A DNA stretch of 55,648 nucleotides from NCBI GenBank assembly GCA_029264775.1, contig JARHYT010000021.1:1-55648 (forward strand). The letters are read 5' to 3'. Shown piece after piece: positions 10,660 through 20,972 of the stretch; within the stretch, counting starts at the first letter, position 1; each line of letters begins with the position of its first letter. The stretch is from Helicobacter sp. Lineage in GTDB: Bacteria; Campylobacterota; Campylobacteria; Campylobacterales; Helicobacteraceae. A model generated the notes under the pieces. The model saw only the letters and a list, made by a program, of their open reading frames with translations. It had not been told where the DNA came from and did no database searches. Position numbers and translations under genes: made by a program.

Positions 10660-12258
10660 TTAAATACCAAAGTTTATTTTGGATATTATAAAGAAAGTAA
10701 TTGCACCAAATATAGCTGACAAAGGAACTGTTATTAGCCAAGAAGCAACTATGCGATTAATTGCACTTCTTCTTACTAATTCTTGTTTATAAGCTTTTTT
10801 AAGTGTTTTTCTATCCTTCTTTTTAAGTATAGGTGTATCGTTGGATGATTTCTTGTCTTTATCTTGAGTATTTTTTAGAGATTTTAACATTTCTTGCTTT
10901 TGTTTGATATTTGCACGGCTGAATTTGGTTAAAAATCTTTGCACTGCCTCTTCATTTTTGCCCTTGTGTGCCTCAATTATTTCTTGTTGCATGTCATAGT
11001 ATCTCTTTTTCAAATATTCTCTTAAAAATCCAACGCCAAAGATAGCACCAATTGCAATATGAGTAGAGCTGACTGGTAATCCCAATTGAGACGCTATAAG
11101 CACTGTTATAGCGGCAGAAATTGCCACGCAAAAAGCACGCATCTTATCAAGCTCTGTAATTTCGCTACCAACAGTTCTAATTAATCTAGGACCATATAGG
11201 GCTAATCCTAAAGATATTCCTAATCCTCCAATAAGCATTATCCAGAAAGGTACTTTTGCTTTACCACCTATTATTTCATTTGAGGCTTCTGAAATAGCGT
11301 CATATATACCCGCTAATGGACCTATTGCATTTGCAACATCATTTGCACCATGTGCAAAGCTTAACAGAGCGGCAGAAAATATAAGAGGCATGGTAAAAAG
11401 CTCATTTATATCTTCTTTTGTATTTAAAAGTGTGTTTGCTTTCTTCGTTATAAATGGAAGTGAAATAAAGTAAATAATCAATGCTATCACAAAACCGCCC
11501 GCAACAGTAGCACCTAGACTAACTTTTATTATACCTGTTTTTTGTACTAAATATACGCTAAAACACCATGCCATGATAAAAATCAATATAGGAACAACCC
11601 GTTTAGCAGCAGTTTTTTTATCATTTTGGTAAGTGATTGAGCGTTTGATTATGAACAAAAATATCATAGATATTAAACCGCCAAGGCATGGTGATATTAC
11701 CCAGCTTAACGCTATTTCTCCCATAACACCCCAATTTGCAATACCGAAACCACCAGCCATTATACCTGCTCCAAGCACACCACCAACAAGTGAATGGGTA
11801 GTAGATACGGGAGCACCAATTGCTGTGGCAACATGTAACCATATAGCACCCGAAGTCAATGCAGCAAGCATAACATATATAAATGCCTTTGTATCTTGTA
11901 GTTTGGATGGATTTATTATGCCAGATTTTATTGTATCTACAACATCCTTGCCTGCAATTATAGCACCTGCTGCTTCAGCAATAGCAGCTATAATTATTGC
12001 ACCAACAAGAGTGATAGCTTGAGAGCCAACAGCGGGACCGACATTATTTGCAACATCATTTGCCCCGATATTTAATGCCATATACCCTCCAACAACGGCA
12101 GCAAAAATAAGTATAACAGGGCTACTAACTGGATAACCAAACCCCACAGCAATTATTGAAACAGCAATAAAAAATGATAATACAATTCCTATTTTGATAA
12201 TATCCTTTTGTCCAAAATGAGTTGCATGCTCAATCTTATCGATATTATGAATATCCAT
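10660..12258 (-). CDS. PiT family inorganic phosphate transporter
   Basis: Two GANDVAN and two PVS(T/S)TH motifs; start chosen at ATG 12258 after AAGG. Confidence 0.93.
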   Translation of the reverse strand: MDIHNIDKIEHATHFGQKDIIKIGIVLSFFIAVSIIAVGFGYPVSSPVILIFAAVVGGYMALNIGANDVANNVGPAVGSQAITLVGAIIIAAIAEAAGAIIAGKDVVDTIKSGIINPSKLQDTKAFIYVMLAALTSGAIWLHVATAIGAPVSTTHSLVGGVLGAGIMAGGFGIANWGVMGEIALSWVISPCLGGLISMIFLFIIKRSITYQNDKKTAAKRVVPILIFIMAWCFSVYLVQKTGIIKVSLGATVAGGFVIALIIYFISLPFITKKANTLLNTKEDINELFTMPLIFSAALLSFAHGANDVANAIGPLAGIYDAISEASNEIIGGKAKVPFWIMLIGGLGISLGLALYGPRLIRTVGSEITELDKMRAFCVAISAAITVLIASQLGLPVSSTHIAIGAIFGVGFLREYLKKRYYDMQQEIIEAHKGKNEEAVQRFLTKFSRANIKQKQEMLKSLKNTQDKDKKSSNDTPILKKKDRKTLKKAYKQELVRRSAINRIVASWLITVPLSAIFGAITFFIISKINFGI

Positions 12259-12512
12259 GAAGAAGCCTTTAATTTGAGGTGATAAGCATAAAAAATACTT
12301 ACTCAAATTATATCAAACATAGATACTTTAGTTAAAAATTTTTATTAAAATATGTCATTGATAAGTAATTTTTAATATTAATTGTTTGGATTATAACCTT
12401 TAGAAAAATATGATATTACATAATATATAGAATTAAAAATGATTCTTTTTTACTCCAAATGCACAGAAAAAATTATATAATACATTACGAATAGATCGAA
12501 AGTTAAGTTTAA

Positions 12513-13556
12513 ATGTCCCTAAGGTATATTATGAATGTAAAACCTCTATTAATCGTGTTGCTTTATGTGTCTCTATGTGCATGTGCTTGTTATGCAAATA
12601 TGGGTTTGTATGAGTATGCCATATCGCAAACAAGTGAAATATCTCCGGACATGTTATGCAAGGAGGAAGAAGGGCAGGTTACATGCGATGTTGAAAATGT
12701 TGAATGGATAGAAGGGGTTATGGTAAAAAGATTCACATATAATTTGAAGATACATAACAATCAATTGGTAAAAACGAAATATTTTGAATTACAAACATAT
12801 AATTTAAATTTTGAAGGCTACAATCTATCAAAATTGATGCCTAGTTCTATACTATGTACAGAAAAATCAATGTTAATAAAAGATGAGGTTAAACATGGTA
12901 AAAGTAATAGAAACATGGTAACAGAAAATGTTGATTGCAATCTTAAGTCAAATGCATATCATATTGCATTTACAGCAAATTTTAAAACATACCATAGAAT
13001 GTATAATAATGCAAAAAATATACTTGAAGCTTTAGTAATGGAGCATAAAAGACTCATAAAACCTATTGATACTATGGAGGATGAAAATTGGATGCAAGAA
13101 TATTATATATATCCAATTTATGTAACAATTTGGATTAAAAGTTATTCTTTAAACAAGATATTATTTGATCTTTATAGACGAGAAAAACGAATTGCTATAA
13201 ATGAATCTCCTCAAAATGATAAAGATTATAAGACAATACAAGATTCCGTATTAGCTGATGATTATAACTCTTTTTTAAATAAATCACATGAAATCTTACA
13301 AACTCTTATAAACCAGAAAGATATAACAAATAATACTCGGTTGGAATTATCAAGATTTATAGATTCGTTTGTACTAATAGGTACAAAACCAAATCAAAAT
13401 TTATCTGTTACCATTCGTGGAAATAAGGGATTTGTATTGTCTCTTGATGAAATTGATAATTTAGTAGATATAAATGAGGCTTTTTATAATGTAATTACAA
13501 AAATTTTAAGAAATACATATATTAAAGTTGCAAAACAGAGCAATGAAAAAAAATAG
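12513..13556 (+). CDS. Hypothetical protein with N-terminal signal-like segment
   Basis: 347-aa ORF with hydrophobic N-terminus (start may be 12531); no family recognised. Confidence 0.7.
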   Translation: MSLRYIMNVKPLLIVLLYVSLCACACYANMGLYEYAISQTSEISPDMLCKEEEGQVTCDVENVEWIEGVMVKRFTYNLKIHNNQLVKTKYFELQTYNLNFEGYNLSKLMPSSILCTEKSMLIKDEVKHGKSNRNMVTENVDCNLKSNAYHIAFTANFKTYHRMYNNAKNILEALVMEHKRLIKPIDTMEDENWMQEYYIYPIYVTIWIKSYSLNKILFDLYRREKRIAINESPQNDKDYKTIQDSVLADDYNSFLNKSHEILQTLINQKDITNNTRLELSRFIDSFVLIGTKPNQNLSVTIRGNKGFVLSLDEIDNLVDINEAFYNVITKILRNTYIKVAKQSNEKK

Positions 13557-14127
13557 CATAACATTTATTATAACATTATTTGCAGTACATGCTTTTTTAT
13601 TAGCACAAGATATTAAAAGTATTCCAATACCAGATATACCGGTTATACCACAAATTACAACACCAACAATAGAATCAACAGATAGTTTTATAGATAATGT
13701 ATCAAATAATAAGGTGTTGTTAGATATAATAAATTCATCATTCAGAAAGCAATTTATAATAGTATCTTATTGCATCCCTCAACAAATGGAATTAAAAAGT
13801 GGCTTAGATTCCCAAAAAGTAAGGCAGTTGGGGCTAAAGTTATATCTATCATTTCAACAATATAAAGATAATTTAATGAGACTAAAAGATTTAATATTAA
13901 AGCCAGTAAGTCAAATAGTACAACAACAATTTAATATATCAAAGCAAAATAGCATTTTGGGGGCTTTAGTAGTAATTGATTTTTTAGATAGAGATAATAT
14001 AGAACACAATATAACATTAACATCAAATTTAATACAAATTGACAAGTCTATATATGAAAGTTCAAAGCAGATTTTAAATATATTTCAAATGTATTTTTGC
14101 CATCCATATACAATAACAAGATATTAA
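13543..14127 (+). CDS. Hypothetical exported protein
   Basis: MKKNSITFIITLFAVHAFLLA signal peptide then Pro-rich linker; overlaps upstream stop. Confidence 0.7.
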   Translation: MKKNSITFIITLFAVHAFLLAQDIKSIPIPDIPVIPQITTPTIESTDSFIDNVSNNKVLLDIINSSFRKQFIIVSYCIPQQMELKSGLDSQKVRQLGLKLYLSFQQYKDNLMRLKDLILKPVSQIVQQQFNISKQNSILGALVVIDFLDRDNIEHNITLTSNLIQIDKSIYESSKQILNIFQMYFCHPYTITRY

Positions 14128-14166
14128 TTTGTGTTATTGATAACTAAAGTAAATAAATATTAAAAT

Positions 14167-14409
14167 TTATATAATGTCATCTTCATCTATTTCTGCGATA
14201 GTAAAGCCATTATAATAAAACTTTTCACTATTGCCACCTAGCCATTTTCTATCTATTGGCGTTTCTGCTTTTAAATATACAACCTGTGATGTGATACCAC
14301 ATCGTTTTACATGTCTAGTGCATTTTGCCAAAACATTGTCACCTTTCCCCGGATCGCAATACACACCAACACCACCAACTACTTGAAAATTCTTATCCAA
14401 AATCAACAT
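14167..14409 (-). CDS. Small hypothetical protein (80 aa)
   Basis: AAGGGA RBS, GATATAAT upstream, protein-like composition. Confidence 0.75.
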   Translation of the reverse strand: MLILDKNFQVVGGVGVYCDPGKGDNVLAKCTRHVKRCGITSQVVYLKAETPIDRKWLGGNSEKFYYNGFTIAEIDEDDII

Positions 14410-14524
14410 GTTTTTCCCTTAAATAATAAAATGGTTAGTCATTATATCTAATTCTTATAAACTTAAGGTATATTGTAATGACTTATGATTTATAAAATAT
14501 TGCAAGTAATTGCATATTTAAATA

Positions 14525-16393
14525 TTACAATATTCCAAATTTTTTGTAAAACTTTTCATCAATGCCATTTAGTAGATTTTTTTCATTTAATATATCTAAT
14601 ACATTTTTTGAACACAATGTGTCTTTTGGCCATTCTTTGTTATACCCATCTACAATTGTTTTTGCTGTTGCGTCTAAAAATGCACATGTATCAATAATTT
14701 TTAAATCTCTTGTAATATCAATAGAATTTACTACTCGCCAAATTAGCATATAATAATTAGATAAAATATTATTGTCATCAACAAACACAAAAAAACTTGC
14801 ATATTGTCTCAACGCATCATATATGTTTTCTGCATAACTAAGTATTGATATGTTGCATTTTTTTACGCCACATATTACAATGGGGTTTTTATGCGGATAA
14901 ATATGTATAGATTCTATTTCATTGGAAATATTTTTAAGTTTTCTTAGTAATGAATGCTCATCGATTGTTTCAAAAGAGAATGTAAGTTTTTCTCCGCTAG
15001 CATCAATGCCTATTTTACCGCTAACTGCATAATCATTGCAGGCATGATCTAGAGCATCACAATTTCCCATTGTAACAAATAATTGTTTTGTGCTAATTCT
15101 GTCAAGTATATGGTTACATAATATTTCATAATCATTATGTATATTTGGGGCATTTTCTGATACAAATATAGCATGTTTTACAAAACTCATTTGCCCTACA
15201 CCAAAAAATGTATGCATCATTTGTAGGCTTTGTGCTGGATAATTATTTTCAACTTTTGCTATTATTAGATTATGAAAAACGCCATTTTCTGGCATAGCAT
15301 AATCAATAAGGCTATGAGCACTAGTTTTTAATAATGGTAAAAATACTCTGCCTGTCATATATCCCATGTATTTGTCCTCAAGAGGTGGTTTGCCAACAAC
15401 GGTTGCAAGAAATATAGGATTATTTTTCATTGTGATTGCATGGACTCTCATAATGGGATAAGGCTCAACAGGAGTGTAAAATCCAGTATGATCGCCAAAC
15501 TTACCTTCTGGTGCTACATTATTAACATCAACATATCCTTCAATTACAATATCACAATCATTAGGAACGCTCAATTCATTGCTAATACATTTTGCAAGAT
15601 ATGGATTTTTACCTCTAATAAATCCATATAACATAAGCTCAAACATTCGTGGTGGCATAGGTGCTTGTGCACACCATATGTATAATGGATCTCCACCAAT
15701 GGCAATACTAACTGGCATAGGTTTATTCGCTCGTTTATATTCATGAAAAAAATGTGTTGCATCTTTATGTATCTGCCAATGCATTAGTAATTCATTCTTT
15801 GAATGCACTTGCAAACGATACATGCCAACATTATTTGCCTCTCCATCCAAACTTCTAGTATAAACCTGTCCCATAGTGATAAATCTACCACCATCTTCCT
15901 CCCAAGTCTTTAGTATTGGGAGAGAAAATAAATCGATATTGTCATCTAAAAGCACTTTGCTTTGACATTCTGGTGTACCTTTATAAGTTTTTGGAAACAC
16001 ACTACGCATGCTCCAAAATTCTTTTAATTTATTGAATTTTGCCTTGAATCCCTGTGGTATTGAGGGTTTTAAAAGGCTTTTTATTGAATCTGCAATAGAT
16101 TCTATTGAGTTAAAATTACTACTGCAATTGTAATGTGTAGCAATTAGATTTAGCCTTCTTTGAGAGCCAAATATATTCATTAAAACAGGTATGTTAAATG
16201 TTTGAATATTGAGTTTAGATTCTGTGTTATCTATCTTATTTTTATGAATAGGATTTGTAAAAAGCAATGCCTTAGAATCTTCTTTCTTTACCTCTAAGTA
16301 AGCTAAATGTGGTATTTCTAATTCTATGTCAAGTGGCTCTTCAATCACCTTTATTTCATTGTGTGATTCCAAAAATTTTATAAAACTTCGCAT
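14525..16393 (-). CDS. UbiD-family decarboxylase (menaquinone biosynthesis, futalosine pathway)
   Basis: NVGMYRLQ, EGKFGDHTGFY, GKPPLED, GKIGIDA motifs. Confidence 0.92.
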   Translation of the reverse strand: MRSFIKFLESHNEIKVIEEPLDIELEIPHLAYLEVKKEDSKALLFTNPIHKNKIDNTESKLNIQTFNIPVLMNIFGSQRRLNLIATHYNCSSNFNSIESIADSIKSLLKPSIPQGFKAKFNKLKEFWSMRSVFPKTYKGTPECQSKVLLDDNIDLFSLPILKTWEEDGGRFITMGQVYTRSLDGEANNVGMYRLQVHSKNELLMHWQIHKDATHFFHEYKRANKPMPVSIAIGGDPLYIWCAQAPMPPRMFELMLYGFIRGKNPYLAKCISNELSVPNDCDIVIEGYVDVNNVAPEGKFGDHTGFYTPVEPYPIMRVHAITMKNNPIFLATVVGKPPLEDKYMGYMTGRVFLPLLKTSAHSLIDYAMPENGVFHNLIIAKVENNYPAQSLQMMHTFFGVGQMSFVKHAIFVSENAPNIHNDYEILCNHILDRISTKQLFVTMGNCDALDHACNDYAVSGKIGIDASGEKLTFSFETIDEHSLLRKLKNISNEIESIHIYPHKNPIVICGVKKCNISILSYAENIYDALRQYASFFVFVDDNNILSNYYMLIWRVVNSIDITRDLKIIDTCAFLDATAKTIVDGYNKEWPKDTLCSKNVLDILNEKNLLNGIDEKFYKKFGIL

Positions 16394-16486
16394 AATAAAC
16401 CTTTATAGTGAAAGTATAATTATACTAAAATATATTTTATGTTTCTATGTAAAATTTAAGCAAACAAACTTATATTAAAATAACTA

Positions 16487-16495
16487 TGATATAAT
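16487..16495 (+). promoter_or_regulatory. Extended -10 promoter of tRNA-Pro
   Basis: TGATATAAT ending 17 nt before the tRNA 5' end. Confidence 0.7.
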
Positions 16496-16512
16496 CGCAG
16501 AACACTTTCATA

Positions 16513-16589
16513 CGGAGTATAGCGCAGCCTGATAGCGCACACCCTTGGGGTGGGTGAGGTCGTGGGTTTGAATCCCGCTACTCCGACCA
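16513..16589 (+). tRNA. tRNA-Pro(GGG)
   Basis: Full cloverleaf: CGGAGTA/TACTCCG acceptor, anticodon arm CACCC-TTGGGGT-GGGTG, encoded CCA. Confidence 0.95.
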
Positions 16590-16826
16590 TACTTGTTATT
16601 TAATTTATACGATTTTTGCTAACTTAGTCTTATTTATGAATTTTAATAAACATTTGATCTTGCTTTTGTTTAGTGTCATGGTTACTGCCATATATGGAAT
16701 CTATTCTGATATTATTCAATTGGAATTAAATATAATTTGCTAACACGAAGAAACTCTATTAATACAGATTTATTTGTCCTTTACAATGAACTCTCCACAA
16801 CATTAGACAATATATAAGCTGATTGA

Positions 16827-17186
16827 CTACCCCTTAATGTCTAATATGTGCGTTTCTGGACGCATTAACATTTCATCCTCGGTTATAACTTTTTCTTCTT
16901 TTTTCTTTTTTGGTGACAATGCTATTTCCATTTGCTCTTGAAAATCTTGATTTTCTTCATTGTCATCCTTATTTTGTTCTTCAAACTCCCTTTTGCCATT
17001 TCCTTCCCTGTCTTCTATTTTATGTGATTCTTCTGTTGGTCTAACTTCCTCTACTTTTTGCATTTGTTCATTAAATAAGGCATGGTTTAGTGGGGTTTGA
17101 TGTGGCATATTACTAGCCTGTAATGCTGATGTCGCACTGCTCGCTTGATTGATATATGTTAGATTACCAATTGAATTTAAAGCCAT
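16827..17186 (-). CDS. Acidic coiled-coil hypothetical protein
   Basis: GAGGAG RBS inside the NFACT 3' end; recalled similar arrangement downstream of the NFACT gene in C. jejuni. Confidence 0.75.
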   Translation of the reverse strand: MALNSIGNLTYINQASSATSALQASNMPHQTPLNHALFNEQMQKVEEVRPTEESHKIEDREGNGKREFEEQNKDDNEENQDFQEQMEIALSPKKKKEEKVITEDEMLMRPETHILDIKG

Positions 17187-17189
17187 GTT

Positions 17190-18485
17190 TTACTCCTCAC
17201 TTATATGCAAATGGAGTTTCTTTTCCTTGGAATATACAACATTTGCACCTTGTGTAATTTTTATAAACCTTCGTTTGGTATAGTCTATCACAATTTTGTT
17301 ATCCTTTATACCATTCAATCTAGCAAGAAGTGTTCCCGCATATTCCAAAATTTGTAAATTTACATTATTTGCATGAATAATTAAATGTGAAGATGGGATA
17401 TTTACAATATGTAACCATATGAAATCGGCTTTACTATCTTTTAATAATTGTGTATTCTCCTGTTCATTTCTCCCTATACTTATGCGAATACCATCAATAT
17501 AGAAATTTTCATAACACTTCTTTTTCTCTTTTTTACTTTCTTTTTTTGGCGGAGTTAGCATAATTAATTCATTCTTATTTGCTGTTTTAGTAAATGATAT
17601 TTGATTGTGTAAAAAGGTAATTTTAGATTCTAAGTTTTCTTTTTGTATATGTATGTGTTTTATTTTTTGTTTTATTTTTTTTACTTGCCTAAATAAATAA
17701 TCGCTTACCATACTTGGCTTTTTTTTCTCTGGGATTTCATATAGGTTTCCATTTATACTTATATACTTGGTATAACTTTTTATTGAATCTAGATTCAATA
17801 AAATATAATTTGCTATCATAGTTTTTTTTTCTTTTTCTTGTTCTAAACTTGATATTTCTGGCAATGATTCAAATATATTTATTAATTTATTAAGTTTTAA
17901 ATTAAGTATATTTAGTATCTTATTGCGTTGTTGTTCTATTAGCATGTTATCTCTTGATTCTTTATTTTTTATAAGTTCATTAATTGTTGCTTGTTTATCT
18001 TTGGGCGATATATGTTTTATAAAATCAGGTTGTTCCATTTTTATAAGTTTTATTTTTGGCAATATCTGGCGGTTGGCTGTATTGTAGAATCTAAGGGCTG
18101 ATATTATGATATTGTTGTTAGATATAATTGCATTTGTAAGACGATTTATAAATTCAAGTTGAAATGTAGTTTGCAAGCTTTTGTAATTATTTTTAAATTC
18201 ACATTCCATAATTAATATTTTATTCATACCATCTACATAGCATTTTTTAATATTTGATTTATATAGATATTTGCTTAATGCAATATCAAATGGTGCATTA
18301 TATGTTTTACTTTTCAGCGTATTGCTATCAATATAGACTTGTGGATTTGCCTTATTTAGATCTATGCAATAGTGTATATCATCAAGCTGCATAATTATGA
18401 TATTATCATTTAATCTTGCTATATATTTTATAATTTTATGAGACTGAAATAAATTAGCTATGTCGTATAATTGTTGTAATTGCAT
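17190..18485 (-). CDS. NFACT family protein (FbpA/RqcH-like)
   Basis: C-terminal NFACT-R motifs IGRNEQEN, WLHIVNIPSSHLII, IDYTKRRFIK. Confidence 0.88.
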   Translation of the reverse strand: MQLQQLYDIANLFQSHKIIKYIARLNDNIIIMQLDDIHYCIDLNKANPQVYIDSNTLKSKTYNAPFDIALSKYLYKSNIKKCYVDGMNKILIMECEFKNNYKSLQTTFQLEFINRLTNAIISNNNIIISALRFYNTANRQILPKIKLIKMEQPDFIKHISPKDKQATINELIKNKESRDNMLIEQQRNKILNILNLKLNKLINIFESLPEISSLEQEKEKKTMIANYILLNLDSIKSYTKYISINGNLYEIPEKKKPSMVSDYLFRQVKKIKQKIKHIHIQKENLESKITFLHNQISFTKTANKNELIMLTPPKKESKKEKKKCYENFYIDGIRISIGRNEQENTQLLKDSKADFIWLHIVNIPSSHLIIHANNVNLQILEYAGTLLARLNGIKDNKIVIDYTKRRFIKITQGANVVYSKEKKLHLHISEE

Positions 18486-18600
18486 TTTATGCCTTTTAAC
18501 TTACAAAATTTAGCTAAAACTATTGTGACTTTTTATATATTACAAATTATACTTAGCTAAGCGATGTGTCAATATTGCTAATAAATATTGATTGTCTTAA

Positions 18601-20181
18601 TTAACCTTTATGGTACTTCCCTTGACTTTGCATTTTTTGTTTTTTTGCTCTCTCTTGTGTTGATTGCCGTGAATTTTTTGTATTTTTGCCTATTGCTGGT
18701 TGCCCTTTACGCTGATTATTTCTATTTGTATTAACCTCACTTGATGTATTTCTTTTATTGCTACGCTGACTTGATTTTGTCTTTTTACTTTCTTTCTGTG
18801 TTTTGATTTTTTCTAAAATCTCTTGTTTTTCAACATTCATAACTTCTTGCTTTGTAAATCCTATTTTCATATTATCTTGTAGATATATGCTCAAAAGTTT
18901 TAAAATAAGTTGTGCTGAATCTGTTTTATCCTTTATGCTTTCATACAAGTTTATTGCGTTGTCTGATACCTTTGTATTAAATATTGCATTAATCATTACA
19001 TCATTGCTTACACTTGGGATTTCATAGAGTTCAAACTTTGCGTTTGTCTCATTTTGTATCTTTTTTAAATCTTTATATTCTAGTGGTGTAGCAAGCGTGA
19101 TTGCTACACCCTTGTTCCCAGCTCTACCTGTGCGTCCTATTCTATGCACATATGATTCTATATTTAGTGGTATATGATAGTTAAAAACATGGCTAACATT
19201 ACTAATATCAAGCCCCCTTGCAGCTACATCTGTTGCTACTAATATATCTGCTTCTTTACTTTTAAAAGCCTTTATAGAATCTCTTCTTAAATGTTGATCC
19301 ATATCGCCATGCAATGCTATACTTTTATAGCCTTTGTTTTGCAAGAAATTATTAACTTCTTCTGCTTCTTTCTTAGTGCGTATAAACACAATGCTTTTAC
19401 TTGGTGATTCTGTATCAATTAATCTCATCATAGCCTCATTGCGTTCATTTTCATTTATTATGTAATATCTCTGCGATATATCTGCATTTGTCGTGCTATT
19501 TGATTGTATTTTAATCTTAACAGGATTGCATAGAATCTTGTCGGCTAATTCCACAATTCTTTTTGGCATTGTTGCAGAGAAGAGCAATGTTTGGGCATTA
19601 TTTGGTATATATTGAAAAATTTCTTCTATATCATCTATAAAACCCATATCAAGCATTTCATCGCTTTCATCTAATACGACTACGCTAGGACAAAAATTCT
19701 TCAACCTTTCGTTTTTTAAATGATCAAGTAATCTTCCGGGTGTAGCTATCATTACTTGTGGTTTTTTTTCTATCAGCTCTAATTGTTTTTTTATGCTTTG
19801 CCCGCCATATACACAAATAGTCTTTGTTTTTAGAAATTTACCAAGCTTAAACACTTCATCACTAATTTGCATTGCAAGTTCTCTTGTTGGAGTGATAACT
19901 AAAGCCTCAATAGTAGAATCATTTTTTAAACTATGTAATATAGGCAGTGCAAATGCAGCAGTTTTTCCTGTACCTGTTTGTGCTTGTGCTATAACATCTC
20001 GCCTTTCTAATATAGGGGGTATGGCTTTTTCTTGAATCGGGCTTGGAGTGCTAAAACCAGCCTCCTTTATGCCTCTTAACACTTTATCTTTTAAACCCAA
20101 TTGCTCAAATGCAACGATAGAACATTCATCACTTTTTTTTCTCTGTTTATTGCTACATTCTTTTTCTTCTTTTTTGTTCAT
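18601..20181 (-). CDS. DEAD-box RNA helicase (RhpA/DeaD-like)
   Basis: Q motif, AQTGTGKT, PTRELA, DESD, SAT, HRIGRTGR; basic C-terminal tail. Confidence 0.95.
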   Translation of the reverse strand: MNKKEEKECSNKQRKKSDECSIVAFEQLGLKDKVLRGIKEAGFSTPSPIQEKAIPPILERRDVIAQAQTGTGKTAAFALPILHSLKNDSTIEALVITPTRELAMQISDEVFKLGKFLKTKTICVYGGQSIKKQLELIEKKPQVMIATPGRLLDHLKNERLKNFCPSVVVLDESDEMLDMGFIDDIEEIFQYIPNNAQTLLFSATMPKRIVELADKILCNPVKIKIQSNSTTNADISQRYYIINENERNEAMMRLIDTESPSKSIVFIRTKKEAEEVNNFLQNKGYKSIALHGDMDQHLRRDSIKAFKSKEADILVATDVAARGLDISNVSHVFNYHIPLNIESYVHRIGRTGRAGNKGVAITLATPLEYKDLKKIQNETNAKFELYEIPSVSNDVMINAIFNTKVSDNAINLYESIKDKTDSAQLILKLLSIYLQDNMKIGFTKQEVMNVEKQEILEKIKTQKESKKTKSSQRSNKRNTSSEVNTNRNNQRKGQPAIGKNTKNSRQSTQERAKKQKMQSQGKYHKG

Positions 20182-20210
20182 TAAGCTCTCTTTTTGTAAA
20201 ATAGTTTGTA

Positions 20211-20219
20211 ATTATAGCA
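20211..20219 (-). promoter_or_regulatory. Extended -10 promoter of the DEAD-box helicase
   Basis: TGCTATAAT on the minus strand about 30 nt upstream of ATG. Confidence 0.7.
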
Positions 20220-20429
20220 TTCTTAATTTAATTTGGTAATTTTAGGTATCAGCTTTTAGATATTAAAAGATAACATGGATTATGCTTAACTAAAATTCAT
20301 ATTTTGTTTTAAACACTTAAATCTAAGTATATAAAGCTCATATATAAAATAACTTTAGTATTAAAGTAGTATAAATTTGGTTTTTTTATTATAAAATTAC
20401 ACATAAAATAAATTATACATGGAATTTAT

Positions 20430-20972
20430 ATGAAACATATACCAAATATTCTTACTCTTTCTCGTATTTTATTGGCTGTTTTGCTTCTTGTAGTTATGTT
20501 GCACTGGGATATTATAGCACCTTCTTATGTGCATATATCTTGGCGTGATTATTGTGCATGTTTAATTTTTTGTATTGCTTCGATAACAGATTTTTTTGAT
20601 GGATACATAGCAAGACAATTTAATCTTGGAAGTACTTTTGGAGAAGTTTTTGATCCATTAGCAGATAAAATGCTTATACTTGGGGCTTTTATCGGACTTT
20701 TACTTCTTGATAGGGCTAATGCGTGGGCTGTTTTTATAATTTTATCTCGTGAATTTTATATCACAGGGCTTAGAGTTGTTGCGGCTAATCTGAAACAAAA
20801 TGTTGCGGCTAGTTCTCTTGGTAAGTATAAAACAGGATTTCAAATCTTGGCAATAGCTTTTTTGCTCGCAAATTTTTTCCCCGGTGGCACATTGTTTTTA
20901 TGGATTGCTGTTTTTGTAACACTATATTCTGGTCTTGATTATACATTTAAATACTATAAGGCTGTATCATAA
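20430..20972 (+). CDS. pgsA: CDP-diacylglycerol--glycerol-3-phosphate 3-phosphatidyltransferase
   Basis: PNILTLSR and TDFFDGYIAR...GEVFDPLADK motifs. Confidence 0.95.
   Translation: MKHIPNILTLSRILLAVLLLVVMLHWDIIAPSYVHISWRDYCACLIFCIASITDFFDGYIARQFNLGSTFGEVFDPLADKMLILGAFIGLLLLDRANAWAVFIILSREFYITGLRVVAANLKQNVAASSLGKYKTGFQILAIAFLLANFFPGGTLFLWIAVFVTLYSGLDYTFKYYKAVS

Noticed and set aside
16590-16826. Possible integrated element at the tRNA-Pro 3' end
   Set aside because: No integrase, no duplicated tRNA 3' end noticed, and neighbours are core-type genes
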